Assembly: GCF_963853765.1 (NCBI RefSeq)
Contig: NC_088858.1
Coordinates: 49,600,001 to 49,664,000 of the forward strand
Origin: Magallana gigas
Taxonomy: Eukaryota
Direction: 5' to 3'
DNA length: 64,000 nt
Positions 1-11,859 of the stretch are shown here, in pieces. Positions within the stretch are counted from its first letter, which is position 1; every line of letters begins with the position of its first letter. The notes under the pieces were generated by a model, which saw only the letters and a program-made list of their open reading frames with translations, was not told where the DNA came from and searched no databases. The translations under genes were made by a program, and so were the position numbers.

Positions 1-2948
1 CTCTGACTGTGAGAGTTTAAAAAGCTCTGACTAACAGGTAATTTCCATAATCCCATTATGTTCAAAGTCAAAACATGGCCATGAATCTGATAAGCTCCAA
101 ACAAATTGTGTTCATTAAACATGCTAGTGGTAAAATTACTTGAGACCAACTTAAATACTTCAAATGAAGAATGAATCTTCCGTAGAGAAACCATCTATTT
201 AATATCAAAATTATAACAATGAAGCAATGTGATAATTATATAAGCAGTTTCATTTCAAAGACTATGTAAACCATATACCGGTAGCTGATATAAATTCCAT
301 GCAAATTCATCTTTACTAATGAAATTTAACAATTAAATATTTAAATGTTTTTATATAATTCAAAACAATAAGAGTATTACCTCTGCATCTTGGAAAGTTT
401 AGATATCCCAATATAAACATGTGAAGAAACAGACTCTTTAAAATCCATTAATGACTCTAGATCTCAACTGCCAACATGATTTAGTCATTACCAGCTAAAG
501 CATTTACTCATGTTTTTTCTTGTGTTCCAAGCCCAATTGCTTATTCTAGTGCAAACTGTGTTAACTCTTGTTTAAGAAACTTCATCTGCCAGATATTTAG
601 AAAGTTTAAAACTCCAAAATGTCAGGACATTTGTTTCTGTAAACTTTGGGATGAAATCTCTGCCAAGCTTTCAATTATTGACTTACCAATATGAAGTGTA
701 ATTAATCAAGTGATCCAAAATTTGAAAACAAATCCCAAGCTTGCAGGCTATTAATTTGAAATTGTATCCACGTATTAGAAAAAAATATAAATGATCGCAA
801 TGGAGGATAATGTTTCCATAAATTATTCAAAAATTTCAAAATTCTTAATTGTATCAGTTTCCATACACAAACTACTTAAAATAGCAGCCAATAAATTGGA
901 TTACCATAACTTATGATATGCAAAGTATACCGATGCAAGAGAACTCATGAACTAATGGTCCAGTTTACATAGTGTGTGTATTAATTTGTACTCAATATAT
1001 AATTGTACACATTGAAGGAAACATTTCAGACATGATTGAGGACAAATTCAAAGAGATAGTATGTTCGTACATGGCTTCATCTCCTAAGTACTATGAAAGA
1101 ATTAAACCAGGTCTTTACAGATTTTATTCTTCATTGAAATAGCTAGTGTAGGATAATACTAAAGAAAACTAATTGAAAGATAACAGAATTCTTCATTCAT
1201 TAGCTAATATACACATGTATTCTGTACACATGTGTCGCTCCACTGTATTGTGGTTGATTTGTTAACATACAAACATTACCATGATTACAATTATTGTCAT
1301 TGTAAGCCTCTAGTTGTATTGTTAGGAGTATGAGAAATACGTATGGTTGTACATTGTACCATTCACATCATAAACCAATGAAGTTTCAAATTACTCCATA
1401 CTGTAATCTAAGCTGTTTATTTATTAAATTACACTTTTATAATGATGTGAAGATATGCAGGTACAAAATACATTTCTACCTATCTGAAAACAAAATTCAA
1501 AGAATGTACTTTTTAAAATTATTATCTCAATTTCCTTAAATTCGACCTATTATCCTGAGTTTAATCTTGAGGCAAGTTGAGGGGGTTGTAAACCCATTTT
1601 ATTGCTGAATTATTGTACCAGCAGGGAAACACTCCTAGCTTGTTCTACAGTTGCTAACCACATCATGTTCCTATATACAATACTGTCCCTAGCTGATGAT
1701 GATTAACACAAGATATACAATATCATTTAATTCCCATGCTGTGAGTCATTCCATTGACAAAAATACTGCAGTTATATGGCCAAAATGAATTAAAGAAATA
1801 TCACTAGAAGTCTTTTCATTATCAACTGCATATGTTCCTAATTTTATTAATACAAAAACTTTCAAATGAGTTGCATATAAATATTAATAAAATATCTAGT
1901 AATTAATTCTTGGAATGTGTAGTGAAACGCTCAACTTACAATTACGTACAAAGTTTGAAATTGATGCACTTTTTCACCCCGTTTTAATCCACGGGATGGC
2001 CGAACATTCCTAACTGGACAGGCGATCATCACACATGTGCCTTGTAACAAATAGATCACCTATCTCCTCAATCCTAAGGTTAGGATGTTGCATAAATAGT
2101 TACGCATGAGTAATTTCCAGATGTACCAGTGGCATCACCGGGCTCTAACATACGGTACTGTAATTACTGGTACACGCTCACCTGTAGATTCAGGTGCTAA
2201 TCAAGGTAAACGGTGTCTTATCTACTATCGCTTAGATTCCGCCATTGTAAAGGCACATTGATTAAATCAGAAATATAAGATATAATGATTGGAATGATCG
2301 TTGGCGTGATGTGAGTCAATTTAAAGACCTGGTCACGAAATGTTTGACATTTTTGGCATTTTACACACCCTTTCCCATCATTAACAACTTGACCGAGTTC
2401 TTCAGGAGTCTGTATCGTGCAATTTATAATTTGGGGGATATATGTGGCAATAAAAACAATCAAAAATTACTGTAAAGTTATCCAGAAACTTACCTTTTTA
2501 GCAAAATGTCCTATATTATTTACATTTTCTCAAGCCATTCTCGCCATTTTGAGTTACATACGGGGCATCTGTTTTACCTGTCCACTAGGTGGCGGTGTAG
2601 ATAAGTATTTGACAAGACCGCGAAAATTTAAACTTCATCGTGATAAACACGGAAGAATGTGATACAGCTCGCATACAGCATATTTTCATTTACACATATC
2701 GGTTTATAAAACGCATAAACCGAGATCAAAATCACAACAATTTGTAAAACATTACAACAAAAATAAATGAAAGAGACAGATTTAAAAAAAAAAAAATATC
2801 ATTTTCAAGTGTAGACTTAGAGAATGCTTTTTGTCTCAAGGACTCTACACAACTGATTTATGTACCAGTACCCTTGTATAGCAATACATAATGTGAGGAA
2901 CTGATTGCCAGCACCTGATACCTCAATTTAGTTGCACACCTCTTATTA

Positions 2949-3114
2949 CAAGGATCTAGAGAGGCGCCGCGGAGGGGGTATGATTGACCCCCCCCCCTTG
3001 TAAAATTTAAATTATTTTATATTTACTTAGTAAAATTACTGAAAAAAGACCTCAGACCCCCTGGCAATAGATATATCTAGGTTCCACTTCATAAATTTTC
3101 TGGATCTGTGCATG
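2949..3114. mobile_element. Non-autonomous DNA element with GGATCYAG-type inverted ends and poly-G/C tracts
   Basis: Ends CAAGGATCTAGAG... and ...TTCTGGATCTGTGCATG; resembles the 4635-4809 element in the opposite orientation. Confidence 0.55.
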
Positions 3115-3326
3115 CATCTTACTGAAGATTCATTCATGAGCCTGGGTTTAAATCCCCGTCTAGTCCTTAGCCATAATATTTTCTCCCTTCCCATACATAA
3201 CCTCTAAAACTGACTGGACTACCGGTAATTTCTGCTAGGGGCTGAACAACCTGTGATGTTCAACTTTTATGCAGTGCGAGGATCATTTATGGTCAGATCC
3301 TATCACCAGCTTCACATGCAAATATT

Positions 3327-3420
3327 ATAGCTCAGTTGGTTAGAACACCTGACTAGAGATTCAGGAACAGGAGTTTGAATCCATATTTGGTCTATCATGT
3401 TTTCTCCCATTTGGTTATCA
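3327..3420 (+). mobile_element. tRNA-derived SINE-like fragment (a second partial copy at about 3135-3200)
   Basis: A-box-like TAGCTCAGTTGGTTAGAA and B-box-like GTTTGAATCC, followed by a ...TTTTCTCCCAT tail. No intact acceptor stem. Confidence 0.6.
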
Positions 3421-3627
3421 GCTTAAGATTAGATCAATTGTACAATATTTGTGACCATTACAGTTTTCCACTTTCAAAGACAATTAAAAATGAGTCAATT
3501 ATATCCATTAAACAACAATTTATTTTTTAAATATGCATGTTTGTATCAATATTCAAGAACCAATCTGTGTATTTCTGTTTAATAGATATACTGACAAGTA
3601 TTATTTTTCTTTCAACAGAGTCAACAT

Positions 3628-6600
3628 TTATCGATGTTGTCGACTCTTCCTTTTCTTCTTTTGTTTTGAGCGAATTTTCTTCTGAAAGACAGCACTGCTT
3701 TTTACATTACTGGGCCTAGTGTGAAATTTCTGCTTTTTCTCTCGCTTGTCATCCCTTCGCTGAGGTCTCTTCATATCTTTTTTCACCTGAGATCTGGTTA
3801 AGGATAATATTCCCCATTATCCACACATACAGTAAAACACTTTTCATGCATTTAATCAGTGATAAACTTGTTCACAGCAACATTGTTTCATGTCAATATG
3901 ATATGGTAGATGAGATACCAGGTACCGGTAATACTGTGGTTTCATCAATATTCGTTGAATACCAATTTTCGTGGATTTCGTTGTTAAGTTGATCCACGAA
4001 ATTAAATGTTCATTGAAGTTCAATTTCAACTAACATTTTGTATTGATAGGATCATTAGCCACGAAATTACGTATCCTTGAAACTGTGGATTTTTGAAAAT
4101 CCACGAAAATTGATACCCACGAAAATTAATGAAACCATAGTATTTATTTTAAGTTGTGTTATTAATAATACAATAGACATTAGCTCTGAGGAGCTATTTT
4201 CCGACTTCATAATACCATAACATGTAAATACAAATTATACAATTTCAATCTTACACTAGTGACTACGGTTCTAAAAACATAAATACAAACGCAAAACAAG
4301 GAAGCTTAAAGACAGTAAATACCACAATAATTCTGACATCCTGGATTAAACCTGTTTAGAAAATTTAGCTACAAACGCAAGTTTCCATAGTAACTTTGTT
4401 TGAATTGATTAAGAGTAGTAATATTTCCAAATGACTCTTGCGGAGAATATCTAAGCATCTTTTAATAATGTTAACAATTACATGAAGTATTCAAATGTCT
4501 GTTCTTATTGAAAAAAGTTCATGACAATGAGACTCTTGTGATTCCTTTTTATAGCAAGTTTATAGCAACAAAAATAAAAGTTGGTTTATATGAATAATCA
4601 TCAAACAATAATGAAATTATAAGTATCATTTGAGATGCCCGGATCCAGAAAAATTTTCCAGGGGGGGGGGGGGGGGTCCGATGGTTATTTGAGTTTCCCA
4701 GGGGGGTCCAACGTATATTTTTGGTAATTTTATAATGTAATTTAAAGAAATTTGAATTTTGCAGAGGGGTCCGGACCCCCCTAGCCCCCCCCCTTCTAGA
4801 TCCGCGCATGTTTGAAATGATCTAAAAAATGTGTGATCACAATAACAAAGGATATTTTCTTTTCTTTTTGGGGATTTTCCAGGCAATACTCTACGCGAGC
4901 TTTACGTCCCGACAATTCTGTGCCTTTTAGTTTCATTGCCAGACCCACAGAATCCTTTGACTGAAAGAAAAAACACCTTAATGATGTACAATTAAAGGTC
5001 AACAAACATTAATGTACAAAAATAAAATTCACATAATTCTATGCTATTAAATTTGTTATATAGTATGTCACCTTTCCTTTGTACTGAAAACAAGATGATA
5101 TCATAACTGGTTTTGACATTTACAAGCGTTTACTAATAATCAGTTCACAGGCTTTAAGTTGCATGCTGCTTTTCACTTGGAAATTTGATATTTAATGAGG
5201 TAATTGGCTGAAATGTTTATAATATTTTACCTTAAATGTTACATAACAGATTCCCTTTCCAACTCCTGACTTGCTGTCTCGAATGACTCGAACATTTCTG
5301 ATTTTTCCACAACTTTCAAAATGACTTCTCACATCCTCTTCCTTTATATCTTTAATACAATATACATTATTTATTTTCAACTTTTGAAATAATGTCTATG
5401 ATTAAATCAGCAGAGAAAAGGGAGGTTTTTTTTACCTAAAGGAAGATTTCCAACAAAAATTGAGCGCTTGAAGTCTGTCTACAAACAAAGTAGAAAAGAA
5501 CAAGTATTATGTATTATCCTGGAAAGTCTGATTTTACGCAAATGTTTCATCCGGATTATTCCATTGATTTCCCATGGCAGGACTTACCTTTGGATCATGA
5601 TTGGACATATCTACACGTATGTGAAAGCTCTTAACGAGTTTTCCATTCCTGTAAAGCAGAAATTTTACAAAATTTGTGTCAATCAACTCACAAACAAAAC
5701 TTTATTTCAACAATCAAAATGGGCCTAAGATATTTATGCCACATATTTTGACGATTTTTAATAAAAATACAAAATACCTGTGAAATAAGTGCAATTAAAA
5801 TTGATGAAAGGGATATTAATTCCAAAAATATCTTCATTGACACTTTATCATTATTCACTCAGAAATATTCACATGAACAAAAACAGATTTCTTATGGAGA
5901 TTTATAACAGGAAATGTTTACATGTTTTCTCTATTTGGAAGTCACTCGGAATCCCCTGCACAATTTTTCAACTTTATCATCCGAGTCTGTTGCAATACAA
6001 AATTCTCGTAGACATCACTTTTTTAGCAGTGTATTAAAACCTGACAAGCTAGAGGGGGCATTTCCAAAGAGAAATCTAAGGATTTTTTCATACTATTAAA
6101 TGGACATAATTTGATTCCTGAGGTACCGTATTCATAAATTTTGGCATAAATATCTTGGGACAGACTACTGTACAGTTCTGTATAACATATGCTTTTCAGT
6201 AAAAAGAAGGTATTGGGTTGTTTGGAAGACTCTGGAATATACTATTTCTTTCACAAATATTGAAACGCTGAATGAACCCTCTTGGCCACTCACATCTTGA
6301 GTGCTTTCTGAGCACTCTCCTCCTCCTTGAAGCAGACATAAGCACAGATGTTGTCTCTCTCCGGATGAAAGTCCTTCCTACAGAGATCAAAACAAAGTCA
6401 TTATCTATACATATCATATCACAATTCTGGTATGAACACTGTTGATATTCTTTTTCAAAAAATAAGAACTGTAAACAGACTTTAAGAAATATAATCACAT
6501 GTGAGAAAATTTTGTGAGGTTTCCAAGATTGTCCTTGTAACGAACATTTCTCACAGCGAAGTAGTTCTTAAATAAAATTTGTATATGTCAAAGTTTATCT

Positions 6601-9600
6601 TGATAGACTTACAAAAATAAGTCACAGCAAACCAGTTGATCACTGGCCAATCACATATAGCAGTTAGTTTACAGTGGCATTTCAATGTACATGTAAGTAG
6701 TACTACATATATACTACATGAATATGTATACTGTAGAAGCAGAAATATTCGTTGAGGATTTAATTTCTTTATTTTCGTTGGCAGTAAAAATCAACGAAAT
6801 TGAATCCATAGCAAATTTTAAACCCAAGGATTAATAAATACTGAGTTGATACACGATACATTTTAGAGATTATGATATGACGAAATTAAATGCCAACAAA
6901 ATTTTATTTGGTTTAAAAACAACAAAATTTTGACCCAACGAAAATATGTGCTACTACAGTAGGTAAACAAATACTCACAGGATGACAGCAGCCCGTTTAG
7001 GTAACTTTGTATCTGATCTCGGCTGTTTAAAAAAGAAATTAAATTGTATGACATAAAATAACCACTACAATATTTCTAGTTATTGTTTATATTTAGCCTC
7101 TTTTATCTGTAAAAAAACAACTGAAAGAGAAAAATTAAACATTTACATACCACACATCGAAGTCTGACAGTCTCAATGGATCCAAACTTCCTAAACAACT
7201 TGTGAAGTTCCTGAAGAAGAATAATAAAGACCATTACTGTAGCTGATGTATCAAACTTATACTTTTTCATCTATTTACCATATGTAACAAAATGCACACC
7301 ATAGTTAATAGTCCATTTATTATTTGGGTTCATGCTAGGTCTTCATACATGTGTATTCATAGTGACGTTTTTATTTAATGTTAAAGGAGCATGTTCACAA
7401 TTTTTAAAAAAAATGCTATTTTTCCCATTTTTTTTATGTTAACAATATTTAACTAAGGCATTTCCAATGGTCCAAACTATCAATATCAAGTTATAAACGA
7501 TATACAAAGCTCACAAGTCTTTGTTACATAACAAAGCTGGTGACTATGCCCTTTAATACTTTGATTAAACAATTTCTACGGCTTGTATGACATTTAAATG
7601 AACTCACTTTTTTATCTGTATTTACTGGCAAGTTACCAACAAATATTGTCTTGCAGTCTTTACTTGTATCACGCTTGCTTTTTATTCCCTTTGGCTTTTC
7701 CTCTTCTTCATCAAGATCTCGCTTTTTTGTCTTCTTCTTTTGTCTGTTTTGAATTCAATCATATTTTTCTTTAGTTTATGAGTGCATGAAGTTAAAATAT
7801 GTAAAATAAAGTGATGAAATATATTTATAGGCTTTTTCATATATTGTCAAATCTTATTTTTGCATCACAAGAAATACATTTACCACATGGATCTAAAATG
7901 AACAAAAATGAAAGAAATCTTGTAAGATGCATTAAGATGGTATGAGCACCCCCATGTTGTGACGTGTTATTTATCGAAATGAACAAAAAACTTAAACGTG
8001 AATTTATAAATAGTTTTCCCCAAAACTGTCACCTTATAGCATAGCGCAGTGGTTTAGAGGTTACTCTACAAATCTCAAATCTCAAACTGAAAGTCATGAG
8101 TTTGAATCCCGCTGGGGATTTTAAGATGTGTATCTTTGCAAAAAAAAATTTTAAAAGTATTTTTTGGTTCAATATTGTAAAATCTGAAAATTCTAAACTG
8201 AAGAAAGTACTCTACTTATAATGTTCTTTAATCCATGTTAATATCAACAAATGTCCCATACCACCTAATCTTTATCAATACATGTACTTACTTTTCCATC
8301 AAGAGTGACTCGTGAACTATTCCTGGAGGAGGACAGAAACCGGCCATTTTATCAACACGTTTATCCTCTCCTTCACTTTCATCATCATCCATGTCTTCTT
8401 CTGCTTGTGTTTTGGCCATTTCCTTCAAATGAATTACAGAGGCATGATTACTGTTTGGTCTGAAAATGTTCCAATGTTATTTTTATATATGGTAAGGTTA
8501 AACTAATCTACATAATGTTGACTAAATCCTGTGATTTTTAGTTATCTGTGTTCCAGACAATGACAAATTTTCAAACAATAAGTACTTATGTATGTACATG
8601 GTCAACCTCAAGCTACCTTTCTGTCAGACATTAAAATTCACACAGACTTTTATAATACATAATTCTGTACATAAAGTTAACCACTGTTAAAATCCAAGGT
8701 ATTTAAAAATCACTGTAGCATTAACAAGTTTATTATGATAACAGTCAATAATTCATTTTTTGTTTAAACCTTTGAATTTTTCACTGTCTCTTGGACATCA
8801 TTACTTGGACTAGAGTTCTCTTTATTTTTCTTCTTCTTTGATTTTCTAAAAACATAAAAACAATTATCACACTTTCTTAAAATATGCAAGATATAAGACA
8901 CCTATAATATCAATAATTGATTGAATTCTATTTAACAAATACCTATATTAATAGGGGGTTTACATGTATACATTCCAATTTCTCAGAAAATAGAGTAAAG
9001 ATTGAGAACTAACAGAGTTTTAAAAAAAAATGTGACATCTGAATGCCAAAGATTCAAAGATTAATGTATTCAACTTGATCTTACTTTTTGGAGCCTTTTG
9101 TTATATTCCTTGCACTTCCACTTGTCTCCTCAGACAACATTGATGCTGCATCAGATCTTTCTTGGTTCTAAAAAAGGCATGTGCATATATAAAGTTTAAA
9201 TCTTTGTTAAGTCTTGCATCTCTTTATCATTAAAATTTACGAATAACTTTTTAAAAATTCTCACCTGTGTCGATGTGACTTTGTCTCCAAATAATGCTGC
9301 AAGTTTTTGTTTTTCTGATGCCGTGGCTGTATCTGACAAGTTCAGCTTTTTGGTCATCAACTTTGCTAATTTTGCACTGTCTGATTTGGGTGATTTCCTC
9401 TTCCTCTTGTTAGACAAGGTGGCCAATTTAATATCACCTTGGTTTTGTACTGTCACTGACGCTATAGCTTCAGCTTTGGGACATGAATTCTCCTTATTTT
9501 TCTTCTTTTTTGATTTCCTATATTAAAGCATAATAGTAATACAAATCTCATTTACATCAAACATTTTTTAAAAAAGATTGTCATATTATAAATGTATGCT

Positions 9601-10308
9601 TAGTTCTCATAATTTAAATTTTTTTTTGGCTATTTTGCTTCAGCTGTTGATCAACTAAAAGGGTTATGACTTTCCATCTATCTTTAAAAAAATGATAATT
9701 ACAGCATTCCTAAAAGTTCATGTTAATGTATTACTGAAAAGAAATAACTTTAACTCAAAAAAAGACAAAATTTTACTTTTTATTAGAAACCCCTTGTAAG
9801 TTTCCTTCAGATCCTCTTGTCTCTGATGCTGACACAGTTTCACCAATTCCTTTTTGATTCTATGAAGAAGATGGTATAATACATATAATTTATAAATATT
9901 AATAATACATGTAACAGGTGTAGAAATATTTGAGTTCTGACAAGTTCATTTATTTGCGATTAAAACAAAAAAGCAAAATATATACATTGTACAAGTAGTG
10001 AAAAATATTTGAAATAACAAGTTGTAAATCTATTTGCTATTATTAAAAATGATTAAAAGCACCTGTGTTTCTGGTTTGGATGATGACAATGTAACTTTAG
10101 CTCCAAACAGTGCGGCAAGTTTTTCTTTTTCTGATTTAGATGTTGATCTTTTAGCTGTTTTACTTGTGTCTGACAAATTCAACTTTTTGTCAATAAGCTT
10201 TGCTAATTTTTTACTCTCTAGCTTGGATATTTTCCTTTTTTTCTTGTTAGACAAGTCTGAAGTTATATCACCCTTAGTTGACATCTTATGCTTTTTTCTT
10301 GATACCAT
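3628..10308 (-). CDS. RBM34: RNA-binding protein 34 (nucleolar two-RRM protein, Nop12-like), about 577 aa
   Basis: Hand-spliced exons in 5'->3' order: 10063-10308 (ATG), 9777-9859, 9265-9517, 9085-9167, 8770-8845, 8607-8620 (candidate microexon), 8292-8459, 7608-7743, 7151-7210, 6979-7022, 6294-6377, 5588-5648, 5436-5478, 5231-5349, 4856-4960, 3628-3786 (TAA). Total 1734 nt, in frame. RRM1: KTIFVGNLP...FGSIETVRLR...DFHPERDNICAYVCFKEEESAQKAL. RRM2: RSIFVGNLP...CGKIRNVRVIRDSKSGVGKGICYVTF. Lys-rich N- and C-termini. Probable 5'UTR exon ends at 11295; AATAAA (minus strand) at 3519-3524. Confidence 0.9.
3932..4142. mobile_element. TA-flanked MITE (Tc1/mariner-like)
   Basis: Ends TACTGTGGTTTCAT... 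and ...ATGAAACCATAGTA; internal repeated CCACGAAAWT motifs. Confidence 0.8.
4635..4809. mobile_element. Non-autonomous DNA element with about 16-bp inverted ends and G-tracts
   Basis: Ends ATGCCCGGATCCAGAA and TTCTAGATCCGCGCAT; long G run at 4661-4676; lies in the last RBM34 intron. Confidence 0.7.
6729..6961. mobile_element. TA-flanked MITE
   Basis: Ends TACTGTAGAAGCA... and ...TGCTACTACAGTA; internal ACGAAAT motifs similar to 3932-4142. Confidence 0.75.
7385..7552. mobile_element. TTAA-flanked non-autonomous transposon (Kolobok/piggyBac-type)
   Basis: TTAA|AGGAGCATGTTCAC ... GTGACTATGCCCT|TTAA. Confidence 0.65.
7935..8266. mobile_element. TTAA-type (Kolobok-like) non-autonomous element with an internal tRNA-like segment
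   Basis: Ends AGATGGTATGAGCAC and TGTCCCATACCACCT; TAGCGCAGTGG...GTTTGAATCCC at about 8043-8110; related to 12760-12958. Confidence 0.55.
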
Positions 10309-10454
10309 TATGTCGGTTGAAGGTGTTGTTTGTGACCTATTTTAGAAACAAAGAGATATAACTACAGACATCGATTAAACATTTACTTGTCATAGTATGA
10401 AGATGATTTACATGTTATAGATATATACAGCCACATCAAATCATGGAATATAAT

Positions 10455-11123
10455 CAGGTCCAGTACAATCACTAGATTTAGCTACGTAGCTTGATTTACC
10501 TACATAGCTTTATTTACCTACCCTGAAGTAGGTTTATTTAGCTACCTTTATGCAATATCGTATTTTTGTAAAACAGACGAGAAGTCGCAAGTGACTGTCA
10601 ATCTGTATTAGTACTGTGTAGTTTTATAAAAGCAACCCAGAGCAAAAATAGTTTAAAACCGCTGCGTTTGAGCAGTTTTAAGGAAAACATGCATTTCTAT
10701 TGTTTGATTTAACTGTATGACACCTTGTGTGCAAAGAGGCATGGATGAATGTGATTGCTTCATATTGTGCTAAATTATTACCAATCAATCATTATGTTAA
10801 CCAGTAATGTTCTTCTTTGTTGTCCCATTTAGAAAATAGCTGTTTGGTAACATAAACAGTTATACATATCCCCAAACTTTTAAAACTTAGACTGCATTTG
10901 CGCAAAAAGAGCAACAGTTTTGAGAGTGATTTTTTTTTTATGAATTGTTTTCAGATCAGTTTAAAGTTGAAAATTACTGCACCTTATCGCGACTTTTAGT
11001 ACAATTGCCCATTTAAAACAAAAGTAAAATTGAGTAGCTAAATAAACCTACTTCAGTTAGGTAAATAAAGCTATGTAGGTAAATCAAGCTACGTAGCTAA
11101 ATCTAGTGATTGTACTGGGCCTG
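10455..11123. mobile_element. MITE with about 91-bp terminal inverted repeats
   Basis: 10455-10545 and 11034-11123 are near-perfect reverse complements (CAGGTCCAGTACAATCACTAGATTTAGCTACGTAGC...). ATAAT flanks both ends. Confidence 0.85.
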
Positions 11124-11344
11124 ATAATAATATAAATAAATTCTACATATAAAATCTACATGTACACTATTTACTGAACATAAACAGGTGATTAAAAGTG
11201 CTTTAAACAACGCTGACTTCAGTCAGATTATTACTACCAGCAACATACATAAACATATCAATAACAACATTAAATAAAATGCCTGTTTAGATACCTCTGA
11301 AACTTCAGGCTTTGCAAATCCAATTTCAACGTGCTCTTGTTTAT

Positions 11345-11350
11345 TTCCGG
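11345..11350 (-). promoter_or_regulatory. ETS-type CCGGAA motif near the probable RBM34 transcription start
   Basis: CCGGAA on the minus strand about 50 nt upstream of the AG|GTATCT donor at 11294. Confidence 0.4.
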
Positions 11351-11481
11351 TTCAAAGAGTTGAAGTAACTCGTTCATTTAATATTCGTATTTTTTTTTAA
11401 AGATTGTTTCTTCACATTCCTTTCATACTATCACCTTTATGATTTTTTTTCACTTTAGATAACGTTTTTATAATGAAACAG

Positions 11482-11590
11482 TTATAGCCTTTTGATATCG
11501 GTAAACACATAGTTTTATAGACCTGATGAAGGTACACGTATATACTCTCATCAGGCCAATAAATGTATTGACCTCATCAAAAGGCTATAA
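11482..11590. mobile_element. 109-bp palindromic mini-element
   Basis: Perfect 15-bp inverted ends TTATAGCCTTTTGAT / ATCAAAAGGCTATAA; internal CCTGATGA / TCATCAGG pair. Confidence 0.65.
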
Positions 11591-11859
11591 TCATGATAAT
11601 AGTATAATGTTGGAAGTGATTATTAAAATAGGATAGTTTAAATTGGTAATAGATGCGTTAAGTATTTTATCGATAAAGGATTGCAGACTATTTGATTTCA
11701 TAATGTACAATTAACTTTTTGGTATTTATAAACAAACTTTTTGACATTACCTAAGACAAAAAGTTTTATGGACCTTGCAAACTCGGTCGATATCACTTTC
11801 TGTGTCTTGGTCGATATCACTTGACATGGGTTCATATTATACAAATATTGACTGGGATT

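Noticed and set aside
1-750. Possible decayed tyrosine-recombinase or RT fragment on the minus strand (for example FNEHNLFGA...IMGLWK)
   Set aside because: Many stops, the resemblance spans different frames, and no catalytic motif is intact; cannot be supported without a profile search.
3327-3395. tRNA gene
   Set aside because: A and B boxes are present, but the acceptor and T stems do not pair; treated as SINE-derived. The same applies to 8043-8110 and 12781-12835.
4549-4886. ORFs 4549-4809 and 4626-4886
   Set aside because: They read through a G/C-tract transposon inside an intron; no protein similarity.
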